Of a stretch of DNA of 64,000 nucleotides, positions 9,389 through 19,129 are shown piece by piece. Position 1 is the stretch's first letter. Each line of letters starts with the position of its first letter. The notes below the pieces were generated by a model. It was not told where the DNA came from. It did no database searches and saw nothing but the letters and a program-made list of their open reading frames with translations. The stretch lies in assembly GCA_049860595.1 (NCBI GenBank), contig CP187551.1; one strand, given 5' to 3'. The DNA comes from Methanocaldococcus sp. 16A. GTDB lineage: Archaea > AGJL01 > Methanococci > Methanococcales > Methanocaldococcaceae. The position numbers and the translations under genes are program-made.

Positions 9389-12300
9389 AGTTTTTCCTCA
9401 ATCATTCCCTCAATTTCTAAGTATTTCTTTCTTAACTTTTCTTTTGTTTCTTCATCTGCTTTCCACATTCCTCTTTCAATAGCCTCTAACAACACCTCAG
9501 TTATATTTAATAAGGCGTAAGGATTATTTTCTTTAAAGAATTTTTCCATATCTTTATCAAAAACATACTTCTCAGCAATTTTTTGATACATCCAATCATC
9601 TATTATGTTTGAGGTTGCATCCCATTGGAACATATGCTCAATATACTTTGAGAAATCACTTGCCCCTTTATATCCATGCTTCTTCATTCCTTCAATCCAC
9701 TTTGGATTCATTATTTTTGTTCTAAATATTTGCTTTCCTTCTTCTTTTAAATGTTTTGTTTTTATTTTATATGGATTTGATGTATCTCCAATATAGCTCT
9801 TTGGTTGCTTGCCAGAATAATAAGTTACTGCTGCAATCATTCCACCATGATAGCTGTTGAAGTCATCTCCCTCAAAAATATCCCATTCTTGGCTATCTTC
9901 ATTTTTAACAGTTACTTCAATCTTTGAGAGCCTATTAATAAATTCCTCCTTTGCATCAACACCATAAATACCTTTTCCATAAGCATAACCTCCCCACTCA
10001 ACATAAACCTTTGCCAAATCTTCCAAAGATTTCCAGTTCTTCTCAGTCAATAAATCAGCAACTCCAGCTCCATAACATCCTGGCTTGCATCCAAATATTC
10101 TATATAACGATGTTTCTCTTGCTGTTTTCTCATCCATACCCTTCTTTAATTTTTCTTCAACCTCCTGTTTATAGTGTTTTTTTACATAATTCATTTCATC
10201 TGGCTCATCCAAATTTGCAACAGTTCTTATTGCCTCATCGATTAAATCAACAACCTGTGGGAAAGTATCTCTAAACAAGCCACTAATCCTTAAAGTTACA
10301 TCAATTCTCGGCCTTCCTAATTCTTCCAATGGAATAACCTCAAAGCCAACAATTCTTCCCATCTTATTCCAAACTGGCTTAACTCCTAATAAGTATAGTA
10401 TTTCTCCAATATCATCTCCCTTAGTTCTCATTGTAGGAGAGCCCCAAACTACAATTCCTAAATACTCAGGATATTTACCCTCTTCCTCCAAATACTTATT
10501 TAATAAATCCTCAGCCAATCTCTTTCCCATCTCATAGGCAGATTTCGTTGGAATCTCCTGAGGATTGCAAGAATAGAAGTTTCTTCCTGTAGGAAGACAG
10601 TTTATATCCTTTGTTGGAGCCCCTGCTAATCTTGGAGGGATATATTTTCCTTCTAAAGCATTTACTGCATTTTCAATCTCTTCATTTACTCTCATTAAAT
10701 TTTTATATATTTTTGAAACGGTTTTTAAAATCACCATTAATTCAGAATTAATTTTTATGGTTTTTAACTCATTAATTTTGTTCTCATCAAAGTTGTATTC
10801 CATATACTCCTCCAATAAATTTAATCCAATTTCATTTATCTTATCAATAATTTTATGATTTTTTCCTTTCTCCTCATTTAGTTTATCCCAATCATATCCC
10901 AAAATCTCTGCCAATTTTTCTAAATAATTGAACTGGTATCTAATAATCATAAAGAGCATATTAACTAATTTATCCCCTTCTAATGGAACTCCCATTATAT
11001 GCAATCCTTCATTTATTTGCCTATTTTTTAACTCCTCTAAGTAATCGTGAATTTTATTTAAAAGATTTTCAAAATTCTCCTCATTAATATTCTCATTTGT
11101 AACTTTTCCATCCATTAAATCTTCATCCAACTTCAATTCTTTAATTTTATTTATAATATTTTTCTTTAAAAAGTTCTTCTTTTCTTTATTATCTGCTTCA
11201 TAATATTCATCTATTTCTCTTTCTAACTCAGCTAACTCCCCATACAAATCAGATGTTGTCATTGGAGGAATTAAGTGGCTTATTATTGTTGCATAACTCC
11301 TCCTCTTTGCCTGTGTTCCTTCTCCTGGATTATTTACAATAAATGGATATACATTAGGAAGTCCCATACAAATATCAGGATAACAATCTCTTGATAAACC
11401 TGCTCCCTTTCCAGGAAGCCATTCTAAACTTCCATGTTTCCCTATATGCATTACTGCATCTGCTTTAAAAACATCCTTAATCCATTTGTAAAAGGCAATA
11501 TAATAGTGTGTTGGTGGCATATCTGGAGAATGATAAATTGCAGAAGGATTCTCTCCAAAGCCCCTTGGTGGTTGAACAGAAATGAAGATATTTCCATTTA
11601 TTATTCCTGGGATTATTAATTCTCCATTAAAATTCATAACTTCTCCAGGAATTGCTCCCCAATTTTTGATTAATTCATTTTTTACTTTCTCAGATAATGA
11701 GTTGAACCATTTTTTATAATCTTCTTTCTTAACTTTTCCTACAGCCTTTTTTATAACATCTTCTGTCAAAAATCTCTTATCATTTGTTGCATAGTTTAGC
11801 ATTTTTTTGATTAATTCAGTTCCATTTTCATAGAGTTCATCAACAACAAAACCCCTCTTTTTTAATTCTTTTAATATATTTAAAACACTTTCTGGGCTAT
11901 CTAATCCAAAAGCACTTGCAATTTTATCATTTCTTGGTGGATAGTTGTGGAAAATTATTGCTATCCTTTTTTCATCGTTTGGCTTTAACTTTAAATTTGC
12001 ATATCTTATAGCTAAATTAACAATCTTCTCAGCTCTATCTTTTATTGATTTGTATTTTATAATTGGAACTCCAACATCTCCATCTTTAATCTTTTTCTTT
12101 CCTCCTATTGGGAAATGTATTATTGTCCCATCGAATTCAGGCATAGCCATTCCAATAACTAAGTCGATTGGATTTATTCCAGATATTGACTTCTCCCAAT
12201 CTTCAATAAATCCTGTACTTACAATTCCCTGCAAAATTGGCACATTTAATTTTTTTAAAAATTCTGGTTCATCCATTAAGATATCTGCCTTTACTCCCAT

Positions 12301-13086
12301 AGATAGTGTAAACATGGTTGTGTTTATTAAAACATGGATGAATGGCTTTCCATCTTTATAGAAGAATTTTTTAAACACACCTAATGTTCCAATAGCCCCT
12401 AATTCATTTTTTAAATGAGATGTAAAGACGGCAACAGGTATTGCTCCCTTATCTTCAATAATTTCAATTAAATCGTTGAGATAATCGATATTGTTTGCAA
12501 TAAACCAATTTCTATAAAATAGAACACCAATTATCGGTTTGCCATTTATATCTTTTCCAATTTCTTTTAAATAATTTAAATAATCCTCTAAAGTTTCAAA
12601 GTATTTGTTTTTGTAATAAATTCCCTGCCATGGCATTGGCTTTGGTTCTTCATAGGGGATGTTTTTATCTCCAAATGTATTTGCTAAATATAATAATAGA
12701 TTTTTGTAATTTTCAACTCCTTCATAGCCCAAATATTTGATAACCTTTAACTTAACTTCCTCGCTCACTGTCGTTGCTTCATCCAAGTCAGGATGAACCT
12801 CATTTAGCGTAGGAAGAGGTAGGAAGGGAATGTTATGTTTATCAACAAATGCTTTTAATTCATCAAAATATCTAAACGCACTTTTACCACCCATGAGTTT
12901 TGTAAATACAATGTTAGCATCTTTAATAAATTCTAAGAACTCTTTAAACTCTTCCTCGCTACATTTATAGTCTAATATTTTAAATTCAATTCCATATTTT
13001 TTTACGTCCTTGTATGCCTCTTCAAAAACTAAATCATCACTATCAACAGTTGAAACAAACCCTATCTTTATCATAATTTTCACCAT
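9385..13086 (-). CDS. cobN: Cobaltochelatase subunit CobN (CobN/ChlH family)
   Basis: 1233 aa; MPEFDG, HIGKHGSLEWLPGK, NNPGEGTQAKRR, LPTGRNFY, RPRIDV..RISGLFRD, NPKWIEGM..HGYKGA; start may be ATG 13074. Confidence 0.95.
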   Translation of the reverse strand: MVKIMIKIGFVSTVDSDDLVFEEAYKDVKKYGIEFKILDYKCSEEEFKEFLEFIKDANIVFTKLMGGKSAFRYFDELKAFVDKHNIPFLPLPTLNEVHPDLDEATTVSEEVKLKVIKYLGYEGVENYKNLLLYLANTFGDKNIPYEEPKPMPWQGIYYKNKYFETLEDYLNYLKEIGKDINGKPIIGVLFYRNWFIANNIDYLNDLIEIIEDKGAIPVAVFTSHLKNELGAIGTLGVFKKFFYKDGKPFIHVLINTTMFTLSMGVKADILMDEPEFLKKLNVPILQGIVSTGFIEDWEKSISGINPIDLVIGMAMPEFDGTIIHFPIGGKKKIKDGDVGVPIIKYKSIKDRAEKIVNLAIRYANLKLKPNDEKRIAIIFHNYPPRNDKIASAFGLDSPESVLNILKELKKRGFVVDELYENGTELIKKMLNYATNDKRFLTEDVIKKAVGKVKKEDYKKWFNSLSEKVKNELIKNWGAIPGEVMNFNGELIIPGIINGNIFISVQPPRGFGENPSAIYHSPDMPPTHYYIAFYKWIKDVFKADAVMHIGKHGSLEWLPGKGAGLSRDCYPDICMGLPNVYPFIVNNPGEGTQAKRRSYATIISHLIPPMTTSDLYGELAELEREIDEYYEADNKEKKNFLKKNIINKIKELKLDEDLMDGKVTNENINEENFENLLNKIHDYLEELKNRQINEGLHIMGVPLEGDKLVNMLFMIIRYQFNYLEKLAEILGYDWDKLNEEKGKNHKIIDKINEIGLNLLEEYMEYNFDENKINELKTIKINSELMVILKTVSKIYKNLMRVNEEIENAVNALEGKYIPPRLAGAPTKDINCLPTGRNFYSCNPQEIPTKSAYEMGKRLAEDLLNKYLEEEGKYPEYLGIVVWGSPTMRTKGDDIGEILYLLGVKPVWNKMGRIVGFEVIPLEELGRPRIDVTLRISGLFRDTFPQVVDLIDEAIRTVANLDEPDEMNYVKKHYKQEVEEKLKKGMDEKTARETSLYRIFGCKPGCYGAGVADLLTEKNWKSLEDLAKVYVEWGGYAYGKGIYGVDAKEEFINRLSKIEVTVKNEDSQEWDIFEGDDFNSYHGGMIAAVTYYSGKQPKSYIGDTSNPYKIKTKHLKEEGKQIFRTKIMNPKWIEGMKKHGYKGASDFSKYIEHMFQWDATSNIIDDWMYQKIAEKYVFDKDMEKFFKENNPYALLNITEVLLEAIERGMWKADEETKEKLRKKYLEIEGMIEEKL

Positions 13087-13190
13087 TCAGATTAAGTTAA
13101 ATAATTATTAAGTAATTTTGATAAATTATATATTAACGTATGTTAAAAATTTTTTGGAATATAGTAAAATAATTTTAAATAGGTGAAAAT

Positions 13191-13622
13191 ATGGAAAAGA
13201 AGAAAGAACTTTTAAAGAAAATCAGAGAGTTTATGATTTTAAATTTAGAGATTAAAAAACTATCAAAAGAGTTAGGAATTAATGAAATACATGACACTTA
13301 TGAAGATGTTACAAAACTTGTTAGAGAACCAAATAAAAGATTATATAAAATGCTTTATGATGCGGCAATGGAAATAGAATACGAAGAGTTTGGCGGGAAG
13401 AAAAGGAAAGAAATTCCATGGTTTCCAAAGATTGACTATGAAAAATGCAAAAATTGTAAGAAATGTGTTGAATTTTGCCCTAAAGGTGTCTATGATATAG
13501 AAAATGGTAGAGTTATTGTTAAATACCCATACAATTGCATAATTAACTGCAACGCTTGCTCATATATGTGCTGTGAGAACAACGCCATAATTTTTCCAGA
13601 GAATAAAATAGAAAAATTATAA
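13191..13622 (+). CDS. Ferredoxin-domain protein (N-terminal helical region + 2[4Fe-4S])
   Basis: CKNCKKCVEFCP and CIINCNACSYMCC motifs. Confidence 0.85.
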   Translation: MEKKKELLKKIREFMILNLEIKKLSKELGINEIHDTYEDVTKLVREPNKRLYKMLYDAAMEIEYEEFGGKKRKEIPWFPKIDYEKCKNCKKCVEFCPKGVYDIENGRVIVKYPYNCIINCNACSYMCCENNAIIFPENKIEKL

Positions 13623-13632
13623 GTGATAGATT

Positions 13633-14319
13633 ATGAAAATTGGTTATTTGAGTATTAGTGATAAAATAACAGTTATGTGTTACGGATGTAATTTTAAATG
13701 CAAAAATTGTTTTGTTAAGATGGACAGTTATAAAGAAATTTCTCCAACCAAACTATGCAAAATAATTGATAATCTATGCAGTAAAAAGAAAATAAATACT
13801 ATCCTAATCGCTGGTGGAGAGCCTACACTTCAGAAAGATTTGCCCGAATTTACAAGATTGTTAAAGAGTAAAAATAGAAAAGTGATTCTAACCACAAACG
13901 GATATTATTTAAAAAATATTGTTGATGATTTATTTGTTGATGAAATACATGTTGATTTAAAAGCTTTTAATGAAGAAAAACACAAATATTTAACTGGAAA
14001 ATCAAATAAAAATGTCCTAAAATGTATAGAATATTTAGCAAAGAAAAAACTTAATTTTGAGGTAGATACTGTTCTAATTCCAAATATTGTGGATATTGAT
14101 GAGATTGAGAAGATTGCAAAATTTTTAAGCAAATGGGATGTTAGATATAGGATTATTGGATATACTCCATTTAACAATAATCTAAATGCACGAAAACCTA
14201 CAAAGGAAGAGCTTTTAAAGGCAAAAGAAATTGCAAAAAAATATTTAAGTAATGTAACTACCTCATTAGATTTTAGACGGCATAAAAAAGTTAAAGAGAT
14301 TATAAAATTTGATAAATAA
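13633..14319 (+). CDS. Radical SAM protein, PFL-activase/NrdG-like
   Basis: GCNFKCKNC, GGEPTLQ, TNG, VDLKAF..EKHKYLTG motifs. Confidence 0.85.
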   Translation: MKIGYLSISDKITVMCYGCNFKCKNCFVKMDSYKEISPTKLCKIIDNLCSKKKINTILIAGGEPTLQKDLPEFTRLLKSKNRKVILTTNGYYLKNIVDDLFVDEIHVDLKAFNEEKHKYLTGKSNKNVLKCIEYLAKKKLNFEVDTVLIPNIVDIDEIEKIAKFLSKWDVRYRIIGYTPFNNNLNARKPTKEELLKAKEIAKKYLSNVTTSLDFRRHKKVKEIIKFDK

Positions 14320-14324
14320 AGTTT

Positions 14325-15470
14325 TTAATTTTTAGATAAATTTTGATAATGTTTTAATAGTTGAGCCTCTAAATCTTTAATGCTTCCATTGAATTTTATA
14401 ACTTTTTTGGCATTCTCTAAAAGTTTTAAGTTTAATTTATTCATTTCTCCTACCGGAAAGTTTGTATCTATTACAACATCACACATTTTTAAGTATTTTA
14501 ATGCCTTATTGTAATTATCTTCAGAAATTGGTTGATATGCTTTTTCTTCAATAATCTCAACTTCCATTGCTTTAGCTATTATATAATCAATATCATTCTT
14601 ATGTAAGACCCCACAATAAACCTTATATCCATTTTTAACCAAATATCTCAAAACATTAGCTCCACTCCCCCCTCCACAAACTACAAAAACTTTTTTATCA
14701 CTTGTATTTTCATTTTTTAATTCAAAATAACCAATTTCTTTGGAAAAATTTGCATTTTTTATATCATATAAATTATTGACGGTTTCTTTGTCCATAACAT
14801 CCTCAGGATGTCCATAGGCAATTATCTTACCATCTTTGATTAGTGCTATTTTGTCGGCAATCCTTAAGGCGAGTTCTATATCATGAATAGTTACAATTAT
14901 AGCGAGATTTTTTTCTGTTGCCAATTTTCTCAACAACAAAGTAAGTTCTATCTTGTGCCTTGCATCTAAGAAGGATGTAGGTTCATCTAAAATTAAAACC
15001 TTTGGCTCTTGTGCTAACGCCCTTGCTATCATTATCTTCTGTCTTTCCCCATCACTCATTTCAAGGAAGTTTTTTTCTAATAAGTGAAGAGCATTAACAG
15101 CTTTCGCAGAATTTATAATAATTTCCTTATCCTTCTCTGATAATCTTCCAAATAAATCTGTATAGGGATGCCTTCCTATTGCAATTATATCAAATCCTGT
15201 TAAATTTCCTGGATTTACTCTTTCTGTTAAAACTACAGCCATTTTTTTAGCAAGTTGAGAAGGTTTTAGTTTATGTATTATATTTGAATCTAAATAAACT
15301 ACTCCTTTTATAGGCTCTAGATATGTTGCTATACACTTCAATAGTGTTGATTTTCCAACACCATTAGGACCTATTATTGCCAAAATTTCTCCTTCTTTAA
15401 CTTCTAAATTTACATTATCAACGACAATTCTCTTATGATAACCAATGGCAAGATTTTCCGTTTTTAACAT
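14325..15470 (-). CDS. ABC transporter ATPase, BtuD/FepC type, with C-terminal extension
   Basis: Walker A GPNGVGKS, MSDGERQ signature, LILDEPT, H-loop; extra ~125-aa domain VFVVCGGGSG...GVLHKNDID. Confidence 0.92.
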   Translation of the reverse strand: MLKTENLAIGYHKRIVVDNVNLEVKEGEILAIIGPNGVGKSTLLKCIATYLEPIKGVVYLDSNIIHKLKPSQLAKKMAVVLTERVNPGNLTGFDIIAIGRHPYTDLFGRLSEKDKEIIINSAKAVNALHLLEKNFLEMSDGERQKIMIARALAQEPKVLILDEPTSFLDARHKIELTLLLRKLATEKNLAIIVTIHDIELALRIADKIALIKDGKIIAYGHPEDVMDKETVNNLYDIKNANFSKEIGYFELKNENTSDKKVFVVCGGGSGANVLRYLVKNGYKVYCGVLHKNDIDYIIAKAMEVEIIEEKAYQPISEDNYNKALKYLKMCDVVIDTNFPVGEMNKLNLKLLENAKKVIKFNGSIKDLEAQLLKHYQNLSKN

Positions 15471-15554
15471 TTAATCACCTTATAAGATAAGATTATAATT
15501 AAAATCTCAAAAAGGAGAAATTAAAAAATATAAAAGTAGAAACATTGAATTATG

Positions 15555-17564
15555 TCATTTTTTTATTAGGAATAATAATTCTTTTTTATAAATTAACAGC
15601 AACCCTATCAAAAATCCAATTAAAGTAGTCCATATATTTGGTTCGTCTTCTATTTCAACTTTTTTTGTAATTGTGTAATTTTTTACGATTTTATTAACTT
15701 TTATAACAACTTTTGATTGGTTAATTGTTAAATTGTAGTAATAATCATTAAATATCGTCTTTTTTGGCTTTATAATCTCAACATCTTCTTTAAAATTCCA
15801 TATATATTTAATTAACCTCTCATAGGGCATGTAATATTCAACATACCCATTTATTTGAGTGCTTTTTGAGACATTTATTGGGATTGAAAATACTTTTGTT
15901 TCATTTGGCAGTAATTCAAATGAAATATGTGTTTTGTTTGGTTTGTAGTTATTATAATCTGAAAAGTAAATATATCCATGAATTTTTTCAGAGAAAGGAT
16001 TTTTTACTGTAATATTGCAAAATATTGTTATATTAGTTTCATTAGAATATATTGTTTTATTGCTAAGTGTGATATTTATTGGATTTAACTTTTTTATCTC
16101 AATTAGGCATTTATCATATGAAGTAGCTCCAAAGGTATCATTAACCTTTAATTTAACAACGTAATTTCCTTCTTTTTTATATCTATGAGTTGGATTTGAA
16201 GAAGTTGACGTTGAGTTATCGCCAAAATCCCAGTAGTAGTGGAGTTCATCATTTTCCTTATCATAGCATAAAGAATAGAAATGAACATCGTAATCATCAA
16301 CTATTTCAAATGCAAAATATGCTTTTGGAGGTGTGTTGTTTCCCCTTGGAATTATATGAATGATTTTTGTATCTTTCAATGGAACATCAACAATCCCATT
16401 TTCATCAAACAAATAAAGCTGTGAGATTTTTATTTCGGTAGTTACATTTTCATTTTTTATTGGCTCTATCCAGAAAGATAAAATACTGAAGTTTCCACGT
16501 ACACTTCCATTTATTTTAATATAAAAATCTATTGTACCATTCTCATCTGTCCAATTTTTATCTATGGTGGATAAACTTGTTGATATGTCACTAATTTTCA
16601 ATAGTGTTGAATTGTAGGATATTTTTCCTTTAATTTCTGATATATTTGCATCTATGTTTTTTGCCTCAATGTAAATGAATCCTTTATCTCCATAAGAGAT
16701 ATTTTTTTCAGTAGTTGAAAAACCAACATACTTTTCTACAGTTGTTTCTTCACCGATTGTGAAGTTTGCTGGTTTTACAATTGTGTCATTTCCATTTATC
16801 TTTACAGATGCGTTAATTAGGTAAGTCCCTTCTTTGCTTGTGAAGAATGTCAATTTCATCAAATCAAAATTTTCTTCTGAAGTATTTAACTCAACAAAGA
16901 AATTTAAACTATCGTTATTGTAATTTAAATCTACATTTGAAATGTTATTTTCTAAATAATAGAAGTTTAAACCTACAATACTTAAATTTGGGTAGTATAT
17001 TGTTCCAGTTATGTTATATGTATTTTCTTTTGCGTTTTTTATTGAAATGAGAACATCAAAATTCTCATTTAACTTTGGATTTATGGGAGTTATCTCAACA
17101 ACCGTTGAATTTAAACCAATAATATTTACTTCAACAGAGTTGTAAGTTGCATCTATGGCATTTCCATCTATATCAGACAGTTTAGGCTTTTGGGTTATTG
17201 TATATGTTCCATTGTCCAATGCTTTAAACCTCAAAGTAGCTACTGTAAAGTTTCCGGAAGGTTCATTGCCTGACCACATCAGTGATATTGATATTTTTCC
17301 ATCATCTACAGAAATACTCTTTAAGAATGCACTATTGGCTATATCACTTAAAATGATATCATCAGTGGTTATGTTTAATGCACTTGGGAAATATATGGTA
17401 TCTTCAAACCCACTCAATTTTTCTGATACATTTACGCTCAATGTTAAATCAAAGTAGTCATATTCATTCACAACAATATTATCTGGCGTTAATCTAACTT
17501 CATTTCCAAAACTTACATGAAAGAACAATAAAAATGAAATCAATATTAAAAATTTCGACTTCAT
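15555..17564 (-). CDS. Secreted multi-cohesin-like + PKD domain protein with C-terminal TM anchor
   Basis: Signal peptide; about three cohesin-like repeats (e.g. FDLTLSVN..LSGFEDTIYF...GNFTVATLRFKALDNG..LSDIDGN); PKD motif YYWDFGDNSTS..NPTHRYKKEGNYVVKLKV; hydrophobic tail + KK. Confidence 0.72.
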   Translation of the reverse strand: MKSKFLILISFLLFFHVSFGNEVRLTPDNIVVNEYDYFDLTLSVNVSEKLSGFEDTIYFPSALNITTDDIILSDIANSAFLKSISVDDGKISISLMWSGNEPSGNFTVATLRFKALDNGTYTITQKPKLSDIDGNAIDATYNSVEVNIIGLNSTVVEITPINPKLNENFDVLISIKNAKENTYNITGTIYYPNLSIVGLNFYYLENNISNVDLNYNNDSLNFFVELNTSEENFDLMKLTFFTSKEGTYLINASVKINGNDTIVKPANFTIGEETTVEKYVGFSTTEKNISYGDKGFIYIEAKNIDANISEIKGKISYNSTLLKISDISTSLSTIDKNWTDENGTIDFYIKINGSVRGNFSILSFWIEPIKNENVTTEIKISQLYLFDENGIVDVPLKDTKIIHIIPRGNNTPPKAYFAFEIVDDYDVHFYSLCYDKENDELHYYWDFGDNSTSTSSNPTHRYKKEGNYVVKLKVNDTFGATSYDKCLIEIKKLNPINITLSNKTIYSNETNITIFCNITVKNPFSEKIHGYIYFSDYNNYKPNKTHISFELLPNETKVFSIPINVSKSTQINGYVEYYMPYERLIKYIWNFKEDVEIIKPKKTIFNDYYYNLTINQSKVVIKVNKIVKNYTITKKVEIEDEPNIWTTLIGFLIGLLLIYKKELLFLIKK

Positions 17565-17579
17565 TGTTATCCCCTAACA

Positions 17580-18404
17580 TCATTTAAATCTTGATAGAAT
17601 AAAGCCAAAAAGAATCCCTGCCAACACTCCAGAGAGCAAATTAAATCCTAAAAATTTAAAACTACTCTTTTTTTCCACAACTACATTAACTACCGGATGG
17701 TATTCCGTTATGTTAATTTCTTTAACAATAACTTCTGGTTCCTTTACTTTAGGGGTTATGTAAATCCTATTTACTATTGTTGATGAAGATGTTTCAACAT
17801 CTTCTACATCTTCTTTTAGTTTCATTGTTGTTGTGTTTGTTACATTTCCAATGCCTTTTATTATCACCTTTGCCCCAAAGAACTTTATGTTTGGATATTC
17901 TTTGAATGTATTTGTAGATTTGTCAAAATAACTTTCACCACTACCATACCTGTACCCCAATGCTGAACTAACAGATCCTGACAAATTTAATTGGGTTTCT
18001 CCTTCTTTAATAGGAATAAACATTATTTCTCCGATACAAAAATCTTCTTCAATGGGATTATTAAATGAAATTGATAAATTAAATGCTCCATCTTTAAATT
18101 CATAAAACTTTAACTTCTCATTTTTACATATCTCACTCCAATTAAAACCATAAGGTTTTAAATATTCAGGAGGGTAGTTTATATAAATATCCACTCCTCT
18201 ACACCCACCGTCTTCACTATTATCATGATAAAGATCTCCAATTTTTGGAAGATTTTCTATCGTTATGTTAAATTTAATAATCTCTCCATTTGAAATAACT
18301 TCCTCGGGGATTAATTTAACATAGACATCTTCTGCATAACAAATATCTAAAAAAATAGAAATAATGGAAATAAGAGTTAAAATAACTAAAAAATGTTTAT
18401 TCAT
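17580..18404 (-). CDS. Secreted single cohesin-like protein with C-terminal TM anchor
   Basis: Signal peptide; FNITIEN..GCRGVDIYINYPPEYL...IGEIMFIPIKEGETQLNLSG; C-terminal FLGFNLLSGVLAGILFGFILSRFK. Confidence 0.65.
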   Translation of the reverse strand: MNKHFLVILTLISIISIFLDICYAEDVYVKLIPEEVISNGEIIKFNITIENLPKIGDLYHDNSEDGGCRGVDIYINYPPEYLKPYGFNWSEICKNEKLKFYEFKDGAFNLSISFNNPIEEDFCIGEIMFIPIKEGETQLNLSGSVSSALGYRYGSGESYFDKSTNTFKEYPNIKFFGAKVIIKGIGNVTNTTTMKLKEDVEDVETSSSTIVNRIYITPKVKEPEVIVKEINITEYHPVVNVVVEKKSSFKFLGFNLLSGVLAGILFGFILSRFK

Positions 18405-18949
18405 TACCCATCACCTTTTTTTATAATGTAAGCTATCAATCCAATTAAAAGAACTGCAAATATGACCATTATTGGATTAAATGAAAATGATTCATTTTTT
18501 TCTACTTTTTGAGTGGAATTAGATATTATCTTTAGATTTACTGTTTTTTGAGGGATTTTAATGGCATTTCCTTCACTGTCTGATGCCTTTGCCTTTATTG
18601 TTATCGTTGCATTTCCACATTCCAAAGCCTTTATTTTGAATTCACCAACTTTAAAATCCTCATTTTTTGGATTTGTCAAAAAAACATACTGTATTGCAGC
18701 ACTTCTATTTTTGTTTATTGTTAAGTTGTAATCTGCTCCAACATCATAGCTAATTACATTATCTACTACAAGGTTATTAGAGAGGTAAATATTGCATTCT
18801 AAACCTCCACAATTTGAAACATTATTTGCGTAAACTTCTACAACAAATAAATCTCCTTTTTTAACTTCAGAAGGAGCTTTTACTGAAACATCTATTGCCA
18901 TACATGTTGGAAGTATAAGAAAAATCAACAATGCAGCAAACTTTTTCAT
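18404..18949 (-). CDS. Secreted single cohesin protein with C-terminal TM anchor
   Basis: Signal peptide; APSEVKKGDLFVVEVYANNVSNCGGLECNI...VGEFKIKALECGNATITI..SDSEGN; TM tail + KK. Confidence 0.75.
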   Translation of the reverse strand: MKKFAALLIFLILPTCMAIDVSVKAPSEVKKGDLFVVEVYANNVSNCGGLECNIYLSNNLVVDNVISYDVGADYNLTINKNRSAAIQYVFLTNPKNEDFKVGEFKIKALECGNATITIKAKASDSEGNAIKIPQKTVNLKIISNSTQKVEKNESFSFNPIMVIFAVLLIGLIAYIIKKGDG

Positions 18950-18990
18950 GCTCTCACCAAAGTAAAGATTACTTTATTAATAGTAAAAAT

Positions 18991-19030
18991 TACCGTAAAA
19001 TATATATACCTACCGTAAAATATATATACC
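18991..19030. repeat. Perfect 20-bp tandem duplication TACCGTAAAATATATATACC x2 in divergent promoter region
   Basis: Read directly; each unit contains a TATA-like TATATATA. Confidence 0.9.
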
Positions 19031-19129
19031 TATTGTTAATATCATAATCTTTGTTTTTGTTAAAGATTTTTTTAATAAAATTAACTATTTATTTATAATA
19101 ACAATCTAATATAAATATTAAATGGTGGT

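Noticed and set aside
571-14319. Selenoprotein (UGA readthrough) among the redox genes
   Set aside because: Cys motifs are complete in the annotated frames; no in-frame TGA truncation or SECIS-like element noticed
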